Shown here piece after piece: positions 21,512-33,470 of a stretch of DNA of 64,000 nucleotides. Position 1 is the first letter of the stretch; each line of letters opens with the position of its first letter. A program made the position numbers and the translations under genes. The notes below the pieces were generated by a model, which was not told where the DNA came from, did no database searches, and was given only the letters and a program-made list of their open reading frames with translations. The DNA comes from Thalia democratica (lineage: Eukaryota), in contig OZ241834.1 in assembly GCA_965202585.1 (NCBI GenBank), positions 17,112,001 through 17,176,000 of the forward strand, read 5' to 3'.

Positions 21512-22531
21512 TTAAAAAAAGCGTCCCAGCACCACCGCAACAGCAAACGTCAAGGCTCCGGCAACGACTGCAAGTTTGTTCTCTCCAAAAATTCCTTCGC
21601 TAGTTTCCCGGTCGATCCACTGTTTTATTTCGCGGACGTCGATACCAACGCTGGGTCCGTTCGAACTGCACTTGTACCTGGCGTTAGTGCAGCCGTAGCT
21701 GTGCACCGCGAACACCACCCCATCCCTCAAAGGGCTTTCTCCTTTTGCCAGAGCGCATACGAGCGCGGTGCCGGAGTCTCCGGGGGCCGTCTGTTCGCAC
21801 GTTCCTTCGTCGCAGCCGTAGCAGAACTGATTTTTTCCGTCAAAATACGGCCGCTGGCGTCCGTCGACGTACTGCTTGCATCTCCCGCCGTCCAAAAGGT
21901 GGACGGTACCCTGCATCGCCTCGCCCTCGAAGCTCCACGTGTACGTGACGTTGCCGTCGATCGAAGTCGTCCTGGTGTCGAACCCCCACCCTTGCACGAC
22001 GCATTTCGCGCTCGGATCGAACTTCACGTCTTTTTCCAGCAACTTTGCGGGTCGAACGGTGTCTGTTGCGTGAAACTTCTCTTTTGTGTAAATGAGAGCC
22101 ACGTCGTATAAGCTACTTTCAGGATCGTACTGCTTGTGTATGACGATTGATTTTCCGTCGTCACCATACATCTTTTTAAATGTTCGTCGTTGAGCTCTCG
22201 CACTCTCGTCGTTGACGGCCTTCGTGCCGGCTAAAATTTTCACGGCGTGAAAACGATGCAGCGTCGTGGTCCCGTCGACCGTTTTGTTCACGTCCGCCAC
22301 GTTGTGCGCGGCAGTCAAAACCCAGTTCAACTTCACGATGGTGCCTGCGCCTTCCGACCTGCGCATTCCGGCGCCGCTCTCGCTGAAGTAAGTGTGGTAC
22401 AGGCTCAAGTGCACCAAGTGGTTCAGCGTTCCGTGCTCAGCTTTTGACTTGCTGATCACCTGTGATTTCGCTCGCAAAAAGAGCAAACCGATTGCCAAGA
22501 AGCAAAGTATCTTTGGTGCGCTCGAGGACAT
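21512..22531 (-). CDS. Intronless S1A (chymotrypsin-fold) serine protease, 339 aa, with signal peptide and C-terminal hydrophobic anchor (copy A, full length)
   Basis: ATG at 22531 (the ORF track's start at 22546 is TTG). Signal MSSSAPKILCFLAIGLLFLRAKS; triad TAAHNV / YDVALI / GDSGTAL; tail LAVVAGALTFAVAVVLGRFF*. Confidence 0.88.
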   Translation of the reverse strand: MSSSAPKILCFLAIGLLFLRAKSQVISKSKAEHGTLNHLVHLSLYHTYFSESGAGMRRSEGAGTIVKLNWVLTAAHNVADVNKTVDGTTTLHRFHAVKILAGTKAVNDESARAQRRTFKKMYGDDGKSIVIHKQYDPESSLYDVALIYTKEKFHATDTVRPAKLLEKDVKFDPSAKCVVQGWGFDTRTTSIDGNVTYTWSFEGEAMQGTVHLLDGGRCKQYVDGRQRPYFDGKNQFCYGCDEGTCEQTAPGDSGTALVCALAKGESPLRDGVVFAVHSYGCTNARYKCSSNGPSVGIDVREIKQWIDRETSEGIFGENKLAVVAGALTFAVAVVLGRFF

Positions 22532-23245
22532 TTGACTACCCAACAAAGTATTAACGAAATTGTTATAAAAATTTAAGCTTATTTTAGAACTTCACCGTTT
22601 CATGACGTAGTTTTATCAAAAATAGTAACCAAAAACTTATTATTTGAAAACCTAAAAACATAGGAAATTACAAAGTAGCTGTTTTACTGTTACTGTAAGT
22701 GTCAATGTTTGATAATGATTATGAAATGAGCACAGTTTCCTAAAACAAACTTAAGTTTTTGTCTTAGAAAATGGAAAATTAAGGATTTTAATAACTTTCG
22801 TGCAAAACAATAGCAAACAGTAGTTTATTTGTCGTTTGGTAGAGTCCTATTGAAATTCTAGGTGTTTCCCCAGTATTTGCTGAGTCAGCATAAAAGATTT
22901 ATTAAAATTTTGTTTTTTAAATAGTTTATTATATGTTTGGGTAAGGTGGGTTAGAGTTAAGGGTATAAATAAAAAAAAAATAAATAATTTGGGTATAAAT
23001 TAAAAAAAATGATATAAAAAATTCCAACTCTGCAAATATTAGGGGAATACGTTTCACTTAAAATCGGACCCATCAGGCAGGCATAGTCGCGAGAAACCGT
23101 TGTTGTTATCTTACCAAGCGGTCTTAAGTAAAAAGTACTTAGTCTCAACTTTGTTGATGATGGCCGAAATAGATATTGGTTAAAACTAAGAATTAAAGAA
23201 AGTTAAAACTATAAAATTTTCACACCAATGCAGAACAATGTATTA

Positions 23246-24062
23246 CAGTGCTTAACCACTTATCCGGAAAAGTTAGGCAACATGTCCGGATCGGCAAGAT
23301 ATTATTCAAAAAAAAATCAAAAAATAATATAACTGCTGTATATTGTGCAAAGCATAATAAATGATAAAAGCTCAGCTTCTCTTTTTCTGCTTTAAACTTT
23401 TTTAATTTTTTTTGGTTTTCAAAAAGTCGTAAAAAGTTGACCTGCCTATGCTAAACTGCTACATTATAAATAACTTTAACGTTTTACAAAACCATTTTAC
23501 AAACTTCTACATTATTTTAAATGGTTAGTGCAAAACTTTTCCTTTTTTTATTTCTTATTAATTTATAATACCTGGTATGTTGATCGGCCTAATTTATATA
23601 ACTTATAAATAACAACTGAAAATAATTGTCATGCATCTAATCTTAAAAAAAGTTTATGAATTAACAATTTTTATAGTATAGTTTTGAATTAAAACTCAAA
23701 CATAAAAGAACTGTTATAAATTCTTTTTCTAAAACTATCAAAAAAAACTTTAAAAGATTAAATAAAAAACTATATTTTAAACAATATTGTTTGAAAAAAA
23801 ATTAAAAACTGACTTTCTTTCTTTACATACAAGATTTTTAATAACTAAACTAGTTTTGAACAAGGTTTAAATGTAAGCTTTAGTAGTTTTATAACGTCAT
23901 CATAGTGGACTTAATTGCATAATTTATAACACACTTAATTTTTTTACAGCATGAAAGTCAAAATACTTGTATCACACAAAAACTTTAGTGTTTAATATTG
24001 AAATTTTTTCTCGAACGAAACAGTCCGGATAAGTGAGCGTCCGGATAAGTGAACAAGCACTG
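23246..24062. mobile_element. Non-autonomous Tc1/mariner/pogo-type MITE (817 bp) upstream of protease copy A
   Basis: TA on both flanks. TIRs cagtgcttaaccacttatccgga / revcomp cagtgcttgttcacttatccgga (20/23 match). No ORF. Confidence 0.75.
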
Positions 24063-24322
24063 TAGTTGTGAGTTACCGTTCGAAAACAAAAAAAAATCCA
24101 GTATAAAATTCTTTTGAGTTTATAGTGATAATTTTTATTCCAAAAACTGTAAAACACTTTACAAGAACTTGTTCTATCACTTCCAATCAGTAAAGTTTCT
24201 TTTTCACCGGAAATAATCTATGGTGTATATATTTTTAATAACTATATAGCAAAAATATCTCAATAAGTTACATAATCAAATTTTCAGGTATTTACTCTCT
24301 TCTAATGTAATTCTTTTTACTT

Positions 24323-24452
24323 CGAGCCTGTCCTGGACAAGACGTTAAAAGGTATCCAACTAGCTGTACGACTCGATAATAGAAAGGTTTTTTCGTGCAC
24401 TAGGTCCTAAGACCAAATATTTTGAGCGCTCTTTTTTTGTCGTTCAATAAAC
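24323..24452. repeat. ~130-bp dispersed repeat (also at ~30717-30846 through the duplication, and diverged at 62421-62544)
   Basis: Shared blocks gtacgactcgata..aaa.gtttttt, tttgagc.ct.tttttt..cgttcaataaac, and upstream aga(c/t)gttaaa..gtatc. Confidence 0.6.
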
Positions 24453-27076
24453 AATTTTAAGCAAAAAACATAGTTGATACCGCTTAAATAAAAGCTAATC
24501 AACCAAGTTGCTTAGACTCTACAAAATTCAGGAAAATTTTTATCAGAAGCAATAAGTAAAAAATAGCTTTTAAGATGAGCTTTTAGAACTAAAACAAGGA
24601 GCTAAAAGCACAAAAAAACTTTAATTTTCAAATAGACAGTCAAGAAAGGAAAACTTCTTTCAACAACAGCAATTTCTATGTGAGGTTTTTCCAGATTATT
24701 TAAAAAAAATCAGACTGAATCTAGCTTGTTTTAAATATAGTTTTTTGTTAAGTTCAGGCTAAATTTGATTTTTCTATCAATTTCAGGCTAGCTATTAAAA
24801 CATTTTCTGTTTGGACTTAGGGTATTTTCTACTAGATGTTAATCACTTCTACTACTATTATATAGTTTTTGATATTCGAGTTTGACTAACAGTAACTTTT
24901 AAAGTTATAATTTTTCTTTACGTGCCTTAGTTTACTGAAAAGTTTATTAAAGTTTTTTTATTTGATAAGCAAAATAAGTTAAAAATAGATACACTTAAAA
25001 CTTATAAGAACTTGTACAATACATGTATACATACTTTTAATTAGCTAATTTTTGTTAAAGTACGTTCTAGTCTTGAAAGAATCCGTAGAGCTGTATATAT
25101 TTTAAAGGCATCGTCGTTAGTGGGTTAAATAATTTTGTACAAAAGCAGTTGTTGTTTTGGTTTTTCGACATACTTCACTTCTATGGATCTTTAGATTTAA
25201 CACCTTATTATATTATCTTTAATATAACTTTCTACCAAGCCTGTATAAAATAACTTTTTTTTTTCTTGTCAATTTTACCATGTTGTATTTAGGAATCGAA
25301 ACCTGAGCCACTTAAACAGGACACACAAAAGAACATAAGAAAGTAAAAAAAAACACATTCTAATCAACTATTAGGGAGATGTTGTGCTAAGTTATATTAA
25401 TATTATAGTATACTGTAATATTGGTTGGTTTTTGATGTATCTTGTTCTTCTTAATTTTTTGAATATTTTTTTTGAATAATTATTTAGCAGTTTAAAAGCA
25501 ATTTGTTTACATTGAAGTTGAATGTTTTAGTTTTATACTTAAACTATACTTGTCTAAAACTTTAGATAATAATTTTTGTTAAGTTTCTTTTATATACAAA
25601 CTACTTAAAGAAATTAGAGGTAGATTTACTAAGACAAAATTCCTTAAGCTATACTGTTAAAAAGATGGTGCAAATCTAACTAAAAGTGTTGATTATAAAT
25701 GATAGATAAAAAAATTCATTTAACTAAAAATACATTTTTTAATCTTAAAGTTTTAGTACTTTAAAAAAATTAAACAACTGTTGCGGTTTCTATAACATGC
25801 GTACTTAAAAATAGGTAAAGAGTATATTAAATAATTTTATCATCTTCAGCAAAAAATTTAAGACTGAAAATTAAGTTTTACATTTACAGTTACTGATTGA
25901 ATTTTTTTTCAGTTATGTACAAAACTGTTTTTACGAAAAAAAAAACAATTTTTACATAATGTTTTACTTATATCCCATAACAAATTTTAGAACTTATCTA
26001 AACTACTGTAAACACTTTAAAATTTTTTAAAGTATTAGATCTAATAAAACACTATTTTTTAACGATAAAAAAACTCTCCATCTTAATCGAAAATAAAAAT
26101 TTAAACTAAGATTAGTTTAAAAATAGATACATTGTTTAAAAAAAGTTATAAAAAAAGTTAACTTTATGAGTATAGATTTTAATAGTTTTTAAAGCAAACA
26201 AAGAAATTTGAAGGGAAAGGGGATACAAAACTATACAATAGTTTGAAAAAAGAAAACTCAAACACTAAAATAGAAAGAAAATTTTATTATTAAATTTAAT
26301 AGTTTTGCCTACGAAAATTTTTAGTTGTAAATTTTTAAAAGGTTTAAAACAGTTGGTGCTTTTTCTTAATAAATCGAAAATATAATAATGAGCACCATTT
26401 TATAGAACTAATGAAAACGTTAGCTTTTTTCACAAACTTCTTTAAAATTATTAAGAAAAAAACGAATTGCAAACAATTATTGCGTTTAAAAAAAAATCAT
26501 ATTTAAGTATCTTTTTTATTCAGCTTGAATATTTTTGTATGAAAAAAATTATTTATTTGTTTCTAATTAATTACATTAAAGACAGAACACAATATCAAAG
26601 TTTCCAGAGTGTTATAAAATAAAATCGAACAATTTCAAAATTTATATAAAAAAGCTAAGAAAGTATTAGGACGGTTGTTTGTCAAACTCATACTTTAATT
26701 TCTTCACTAAAATTTATTATACTGCTTTTAACTACAAGTATTAAGAAGTAATTTATAGTTTATCAAAATATTTTACTAATAGAAAAGCACAAAGTATAAA
26801 AGTGAAGCAGTCAATACATAAACAACAGCATTAAGCTTACAACTAGATCTATATACAAACGCTATGTTAAAAATATCAAATATTTTGTACAAAAGTTAAC
26901 TTATAACTCTTTTATAAGTTGTTAGTAAAACTTAGTCCTATAAAATTCAAGTTTAATGTATTACACTCAAAGTACTCATGTTTCACACCAAAGGCTGTCT
27001 GTACAAAAAAAAAAGTTATTCAAAAAACTTGGAGTGATGTTCAAATGCCCTTTTTTAAAAAGAGAGTGGCACGAAC

Positions 27077-27316
27077 TTAGTTGTTGTTTGCCGACGACCC
27101 TTGCGGGGTCCCTTCCCTCGACATCTGCTTGCCCTGCTTCCCCAGTGTCGGAGCCTTGCCCTGGACGGCCGCCTGAGCCACCGACGAGAAGAGCGCGTGG
27201 GCGTGCTGCACCGACTGCGGGTACACGTCAGCCGCCTGCATGTTGTACAGCATCGCGGCCGGGTTCAGTCCCGCGAAAGTGGCCGGATCAGACAAGTTCA
27301 TTCGATTCATTTGTTG
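27077..27316 (-). pseudogene. Orphan duplicate of the GMEB-like terminal exon
   Basis: Copy of 33471-33710 with its cag acceptor intact and one Q->K change (27139). It now lies downstream of protease copy B. Confidence 0.75.
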
Positions 27317-27956
27317 CTGCAATTTGATTGTAATGAAATTGTGTTGAAGCGTCAAAGTTAGAAAAAAAGTTGCTAAAATCAGCGTTCTTGTATTGTGTAT
27401 TTACGATTAAAAGTAGTTAAAGATGTGAAGACAGTTTAAATAAAGCTTATAAAAAGTCAATAAAGTTTTGAAGCACTAATATAAAAAAATACAAAAAAAA
27501 TATAACGTTTGGCTTATCACAACTAAGTATTAAATATAGAATAATAACACAGATTTATTTAATGAATGTTTAGAAACTAAGCTTTGTGAAATTATCTTTG
27601 AAGTAAATTTAATTACTTTATAAGTATACTTTACTAACAATATTAAATTTTATAGCACTTATTAGATTATGACAAAATATTGATTTAAAGTTTCACTTTG
27701 TATTTGAAAAAAATGTTTTGGAATTAACTTAGTATAATTTTAAAATGTTAAAATTTTGCATTCTAACTAATAAAATAGTTTAAGTTATTTTAAAGGCATT
27801 GAAAAACCCAGTAAAAGTAATCAGATTTTTTTAGATTTTGAAATAAAATTTTTTTTAAAGAAAACTCAAAACTTTTATAAATAAGAATGAGTGTTACTAA
27901 ACAAGTAAGGTTAACTTTTGCAATCAATTTAACAATTTATAATGCTTTAAGAAAAA

Positions 27957-28925
27957 TTAAGTCTTCAAAAAGTTCTCTCCAAAAATTCCTTCGCTAGTTT
28001 CCCGGTCGATCCACTGTTTTATTTCGCGGACGTCGATACCAACGCTGGGTCCGTTCGAACTGCACTTGTACCTGGCGTTAGTGCAGCCGTAGCTGTGCAC
28101 CGCGAACACCACCCCATCCCTCAAAGGGCTTTCTCCTTTTGCCAGAGCGCATACGAGCGCGGTGCCGGAGTCTCCGGGGGCCGTCTGTTCGCACGTTCCT
28201 TCGTCGCAGCCGTAGCAGAACTGATTTTTTCCGTCAAAATACGGCCGCTGGCGTCCGTCGACGTACTGCTTGCATCTCCCGCCGTCCAAAAGGTGGACGG
28301 TACCCTGCATCGCCTCGCCCTCGAAGCTCCACGTGTACGTGACGTTGCCGTCGATCGAAGTCGTCCTGGTGTCGAACCCCCACCCTTGCACGACGCATTT
28401 CGCGCTCGGATCGAACTTCACGTCTTTTTCCAGCAACTTTGCGGGTCGAACGGTGTCTGTTGCGTGAAACTTCTCTTTTGTGTAAATGAGAGCCACGTCG
28501 TATAAGCTACTTTCAGGATCGTACTGCTTGTGTATGACGATTGATTTTCCGTCGTCACCATACATCTTTTTAAATGTTCGTCGTTGAGCTCTCGCACTCT
28601 CGTCGTTGACGGCCTTCGTGCCGGCTAAAATTTTCACGGCGTGAAAACGATGCAGCGTCGTGGTCCCGTCGACCGTTTTGTTCACGTCCGCCACGTTGTG
28701 CGCGGCAGTCAAAACCCAGTTCAACTTCACGATGGTGCCTGCGCCTTCCGACCTGCGCATTCCGGCGCCGCTCTCGCTGAAGTAAGTGTGGTACAGGCTC
28801 AAGTGCACCAAGTGGTTCAGCGTTCCGTGCTCAGCTTTTGACTTGCTGATCACCTGTGATTTCGCTCGCAAAAAGAGCAAACCGATTGCCAAGAAGCAAA
28901 GTATCTTTGGTGCGCTCGAGGACAT
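27957..28925 (-). CDS. S1A serine protease copy B, 322 aa: identical catalytic domain, C-terminal anchor replaced by FLKT*
   Basis: The translation is identical to copy A up to GIFGEN, then crosses the duplication junction into intron-derived sequence (TTT TTG AAG ACT TAA). Confidence 0.8.
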   Translation of the reverse strand: MSSSAPKILCFLAIGLLFLRAKSQVISKSKAEHGTLNHLVHLSLYHTYFSESGAGMRRSEGAGTIVKLNWVLTAAHNVADVNKTVDGTTTLHRFHAVKILAGTKAVNDESARAQRRTFKKMYGDDGKSIVIHKQYDPESSLYDVALIYTKEKFHATDTVRPAKLLEKDVKFDPSAKCVVQGWGFDTRTTSIDGNVTYTWSFEGEAMQGTVHLLDGGRCKQYVDGRQRPYFDGKNQFCYGCDEGTCEQTAPGDSGTALVCALAKGESPLRDGVVFAVHSYGCTNARYKCSSNGPSVGIDVREIKQWIDRETSEGIFGENFLKT

Positions 28926-29639
28926 TTGACTACCCAACAAAGTATTAACGAAATTGTTATAAAAATTTAAGCTTATTTTAGAACTTCACCGTTTCATGAC
29001 GTAGTTTTATCAAAAATAGTAACCAAAAACTTATTATTTGAAAACCTAAAAACATAGGAAATTACAAAGTAGCTGTTTTACTGTTACTGTAAGTGTCAAT
29101 GTTCGATAATGATTATGAAATGAGCACAGTTTCCTAAAACAAACTTAAGTTTTTGTCTTAGAAAATGGAAAATTAAGGATTTTAATAACTTTCGTGCAAA
29201 ACAATAGCAAACAGTAGTTTATTTGTCGTTTGGTAGAGTCCTATTGAAATTCTAGGTGTTTCCCCAGTATTTGCTGAGTCAGCATAAAAGATTTATTAAA
29301 ATTTTGTTTTTTAAATAGTTTATTATATGTTTGGGTAAGGTGGGTTAGAGTTAAGGGTATAAATAAAAAAAAAATAAATAATTTGGGTATAAATTAAAAA
29401 AAATGATATAAAAAATTCCAACTCTGCAAATATTAGGGGAATACGTTTCACTTAAAATCGGACCCATCAGGCAGGCATAGTCGCGAGAAACCGTTGTTGT
29501 TATCTTACCAAGCGGTCTTAAGTAAAAAGTACTTAGTCTCAACTTTGTTGATGATGGCCGAAATAGATATTGGTTAAAACTAAGAATTAAAGAAAGTTAA
29601 AACTATAAAATTTTCACACCAATGCAGAACAATGTATTA

Positions 29640-30456
29640 CAGTGCTTAACCACTTATCCGGAAAAGTTAGGCAACATGTCCGGATCGGCAAGATATTATT
29701 CAAAAAAAAATCAAAAAATAATATAACTGCTGTATATTGTGCAAAGCATAATAAATGATAAAAGCTCAGCTTCTCTTTTTCTGCTTTAAACTTTTTTAAT
29801 TTTTTTTGGTTTTCAAAAAGTCGTAAAAAGTTGACCTGCCTATGCTAAACTGCTACATTATAAATAACTTTAACGTTTTACAAAACCATTTTACAAACTT
29901 CTACATTATTTTAAATGGTTAGTGCAAAACTTTTCCTTTTTTTATTTCTTATTAGTTTATAATACCTGGTATGTTGATCGGCCTAATTTATATAACTTAT
30001 AAATAACAACTGAAAATAATTGTCATGCATCTAATCTTAAAAAAAGTTTATGAATTAACAATTTTTATAGTATAGTTTTGAATTAAAACTCAAACATAAA
30101 AGAACTGTTATAAATTCTTTTTCTAAAACTATCAAAAAAAACTTTAAAAGATTAAATAAAAAACTATATTTTAAACAATATTGTTTGAAAAAAAATTAAA
30201 AACTGACTTTCTTTCTTTACATACAAGATTTTTAATAACTAAACTAGTTTTGAACAAGGTTTAAATGTAAGCTTTAGTAGTTTTATAACGTCATCATAGT
30301 GGACTTAATTGCATAATTTATAACACACTTAATTTTTTTACAGCATGAAAGTCAAAATACTTGTATCACACAAAAACTTTAGTGTTTAATATTGAAATTT
30401 TTTCTCGAACGAAACAGTCCGGATAAGTGAGCGTCCGGATAAGTGAACAAGCACTG
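29640..30456. mobile_element. Duplicate of the Tc1/mariner-type MITE upstream of protease copy B
   Basis: Same TIRs and TA flanks as 23246-24062, shifted by +6394. Confidence 0.75.
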
Positions 30457-33400
30457 TAGTTGTGAGTTACCGTTCGAAAACAAAAAAAAATCCAGTATAA
30501 AATTCTTTTGAGTTTATAGTGATAATTTTTATTCCAAAAACTGTAAAACACTTTACAAGAACTTGTTCTATCACTTCCAATCAGTAAAGTTTCTTTTTCA
30601 CCGGAAATAATCTATGGTGTATATGTTTTTAATAACTATATAGCAAAAATATCTCAATAAGTTACATAATCAAATTTTCAGGTATTTACTCTCTTCTAAT
30701 GTAATTCTTTTTACTTCGAGCCTGTCCTGGACAAGACGTTAAAAGGTATCCAACTAGCTGTACGACTCGATAATAGAAAGGTTTTTTCGTGCACTAGGTC
30801 CTAAGACCAAATATTTTGAGCGCTCTTTTTTTGTCGTTCAATAAACAATTTTAAGCAAAAAACATAGTTGATACCGCTTAAATAAAAGCTAATCAACCAA
30901 GTTGCTTAGACTCTACAAAATTCAGGAAAATTTTTATCAGAAGCAATAAGTAAAAAATAGCTTTTAAGATGAGCTTTTAGAACTAAAACAAGGAGCTAAA
31001 AGCACAAAAAAACTTTAATTTTCAAATAGACAGTCAAGAAAGGAAAACTTCTTTCAACAACAGCAATTTCTATGTGAGGTTTTTCCAGATTATTTAAAAA
31101 AAATCAGACTGAATCTAGCTTGTTTTAAATATAGTTTTTTGTTAAGTTCAGGCTAAATTTGATTTTTCTATCAATTTCAGGCTAGCTATTAAAACATTTT
31201 CTGTTTGGACTTAGGGTATTTTCTACTAGATGTTAATCACTTCTACTACTATTATATAGTTTTTGATATTCGAGTTTGACTAACAGTAACTTTTAAAGTT
31301 ATAATTTTTCTTTACGTGCCTTAGTTTACTGAAAAGTTTATTAAAGTTTTTTTATTTGATAAGCAAAATAAGTTAAAAATAGATACACTTAAAACTTATA
31401 AGAACTTGTACAATACATGTATACATACTTTTAATTAGCTAATTTTTGTTAAAGTACGTTCTAGTCTTGAAAGAATCCGTAGAGCTGTATATATTTTAAA
31501 GGCATCGTCGTTAGTGGGTTAAATAATTTTGTACAAAAGCAGTTGTTGTTTTGGTTTTTCGACATACTTCACTTCTATGGATCTTTAGATTTAACACCTT
31601 ATTATATTATCTTTAATATAACTTTCTACCAAGCCTGTATAAAATAACTTTTTTTTTTCTTGTCAATTTTACCATGTTGTATTTAGGAATCGAAACCTGA
31701 GCCACTTAAACAGGACACACAAAAGAACATAAGAAAGTAAAAAAAAACACATTCTAATCAACTATTAGGGAGATGTTGTGCTAAGTTATATTAATATTAT
31801 AGTATACTGTAATATTGGTTGGTTTTTGATGTATCTTGTTCTTCTTAATTTTTTGAATATTTTTTTTGAATAATTATTTAGCAGTTTAAAAGCAATTTGT
31901 TTACATTGAAGTTGAATGTTTTAGTTTTATACTTAAACTATACTTGTCTAAAACTTTAGATAATAATTTTTGTTAAGTTTCTTTTATATACAAACTACTT
32001 AAAGAAATTAGAGGTAGATTTACTAAGACAAAATTCCTTAAGCTATACTGTTAAAAAGATGGTGCAAATCTAACTAAAAGTGTTGATTATAAATGATAGA
32101 TAAAAAAATTCATTTAACTAAAAATACATTTTTTAATCTTAAAGTTTTAGTACTTTAAAAAAATTAAACAACTGTTGCGGTTTCTATAACATGCGTACTT
32201 AAAAATAGGTAAAGAGTATATTAAATAATTTTATCATCTTCAGCAAAAAATTTAAGACTGAAAATTAAGTTTTACATTTACAGTTACTGATTGAATTTTT
32301 TTTCAGTTATGTACAAAACTGTTTTTACGAAAAAAAAAACAATTTTTACATAATGTTTTACTTATATCCCATAACAAATTTTAGAACTTATCTAAACTAC
32401 TGTAAACACTTTAAAATTTTTTAAAGTATTAGATCTAATAAAACACTATTTTTTAACGATAAAAAAACTCTCCATCTTAATCGAAAATAAAAATTTAAAC
32501 TAAGATTAGTTTAAAAATAGATACATTGTTTAAAAAAAGTTATAAAAAAAGTTAACTTTATGAGTATAGATTTTAATAGTTTTTAAAGCAAACAAAGAAA
32601 TTTGAAGGGAAAGGGGATACAAAACTATACAATAGTTTGAAAAAAGAAAACTCAAACACTAAAATAGAAAGAAAATTTTATTATTAAATTTAATAGTTTT
32701 GCCTACGAAAATTTTTAGTTGTAAATTTTTAAAAGGTTTAAAACAGTTGGTGCTTTTTCTTAATAAATCGAAAATATAATAATGAGCACCATTTTATAGA
32801 ACTAATGAAAACGTTAGCTTTTTTCACAAACTTCTTTAAAATTATTAAGAAAAAAACGAATTGCAAACAATTATTGCGTTTAAAAAAAAATCATATTTAA
32901 GTATCTTTTTTATTCAGCTTGAATATTTTTGTATGAAAAAAATTATTTATTTGTTTCTAATTAATTACATTAAAGACAGAACACAATATCAAAGTTTCCA
33001 GAGTGTTATAAAATAAAATCGAACAATTTCAAAATTTATATAAAAAAGCTAAGAAAGTATTAGGACGGTTTTTTGTCAAACTCATACTTTAATTTCTTCA
33101 CAAAAATTTATTATACTGCTTTTAACTACAAGTATTAAGAAGTAATTTATAGTTTATCAAAATATTTTACTAATAGAAAAGCACAAAGTATAAAAGTGAA
33201 GCAGTCAATACATAAACAACAGCATTAAGCTTACAATTAGATCTATATACAAACGCTATGTTAAAAATATCAAATATTTTGTACAAAAGTTAACTTATAA
33301 CTCTTTTATAAGTTGTTAGTAAAACTTAGTCCTATAAAATTCAAGTTTAATGTATTACACTCAAAGTACTCATGTTTCACACCAAAGGCTGTCTGTACAA

Positions 33401-33470
33401 AAAAAAAAGTTATTCAAAAAACTTGGAGTGATGTTCAAATGCCCTTTTTTAAAAAGAGAGTGGCACGAAC

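Noticed and set aside
21434-22447. Plus-strand ORFs overlapping the protease (21434-22111, 21745-21948, 21876-22073, 22247-22447 and their duplicates)
   Set aside because: Antisense shadows of a GC-rich coding sequence with no recognisable motifs.
21512-22531. Horizontal transfer of the protease from bacteria (GC-rich, intronless, missing disulfides)
   Set aside because: Host GMEB terminal exons are equally GC-rich, and the signal peptide plus C-terminal anchor is an animal-like layout. A phylogeny would be needed.
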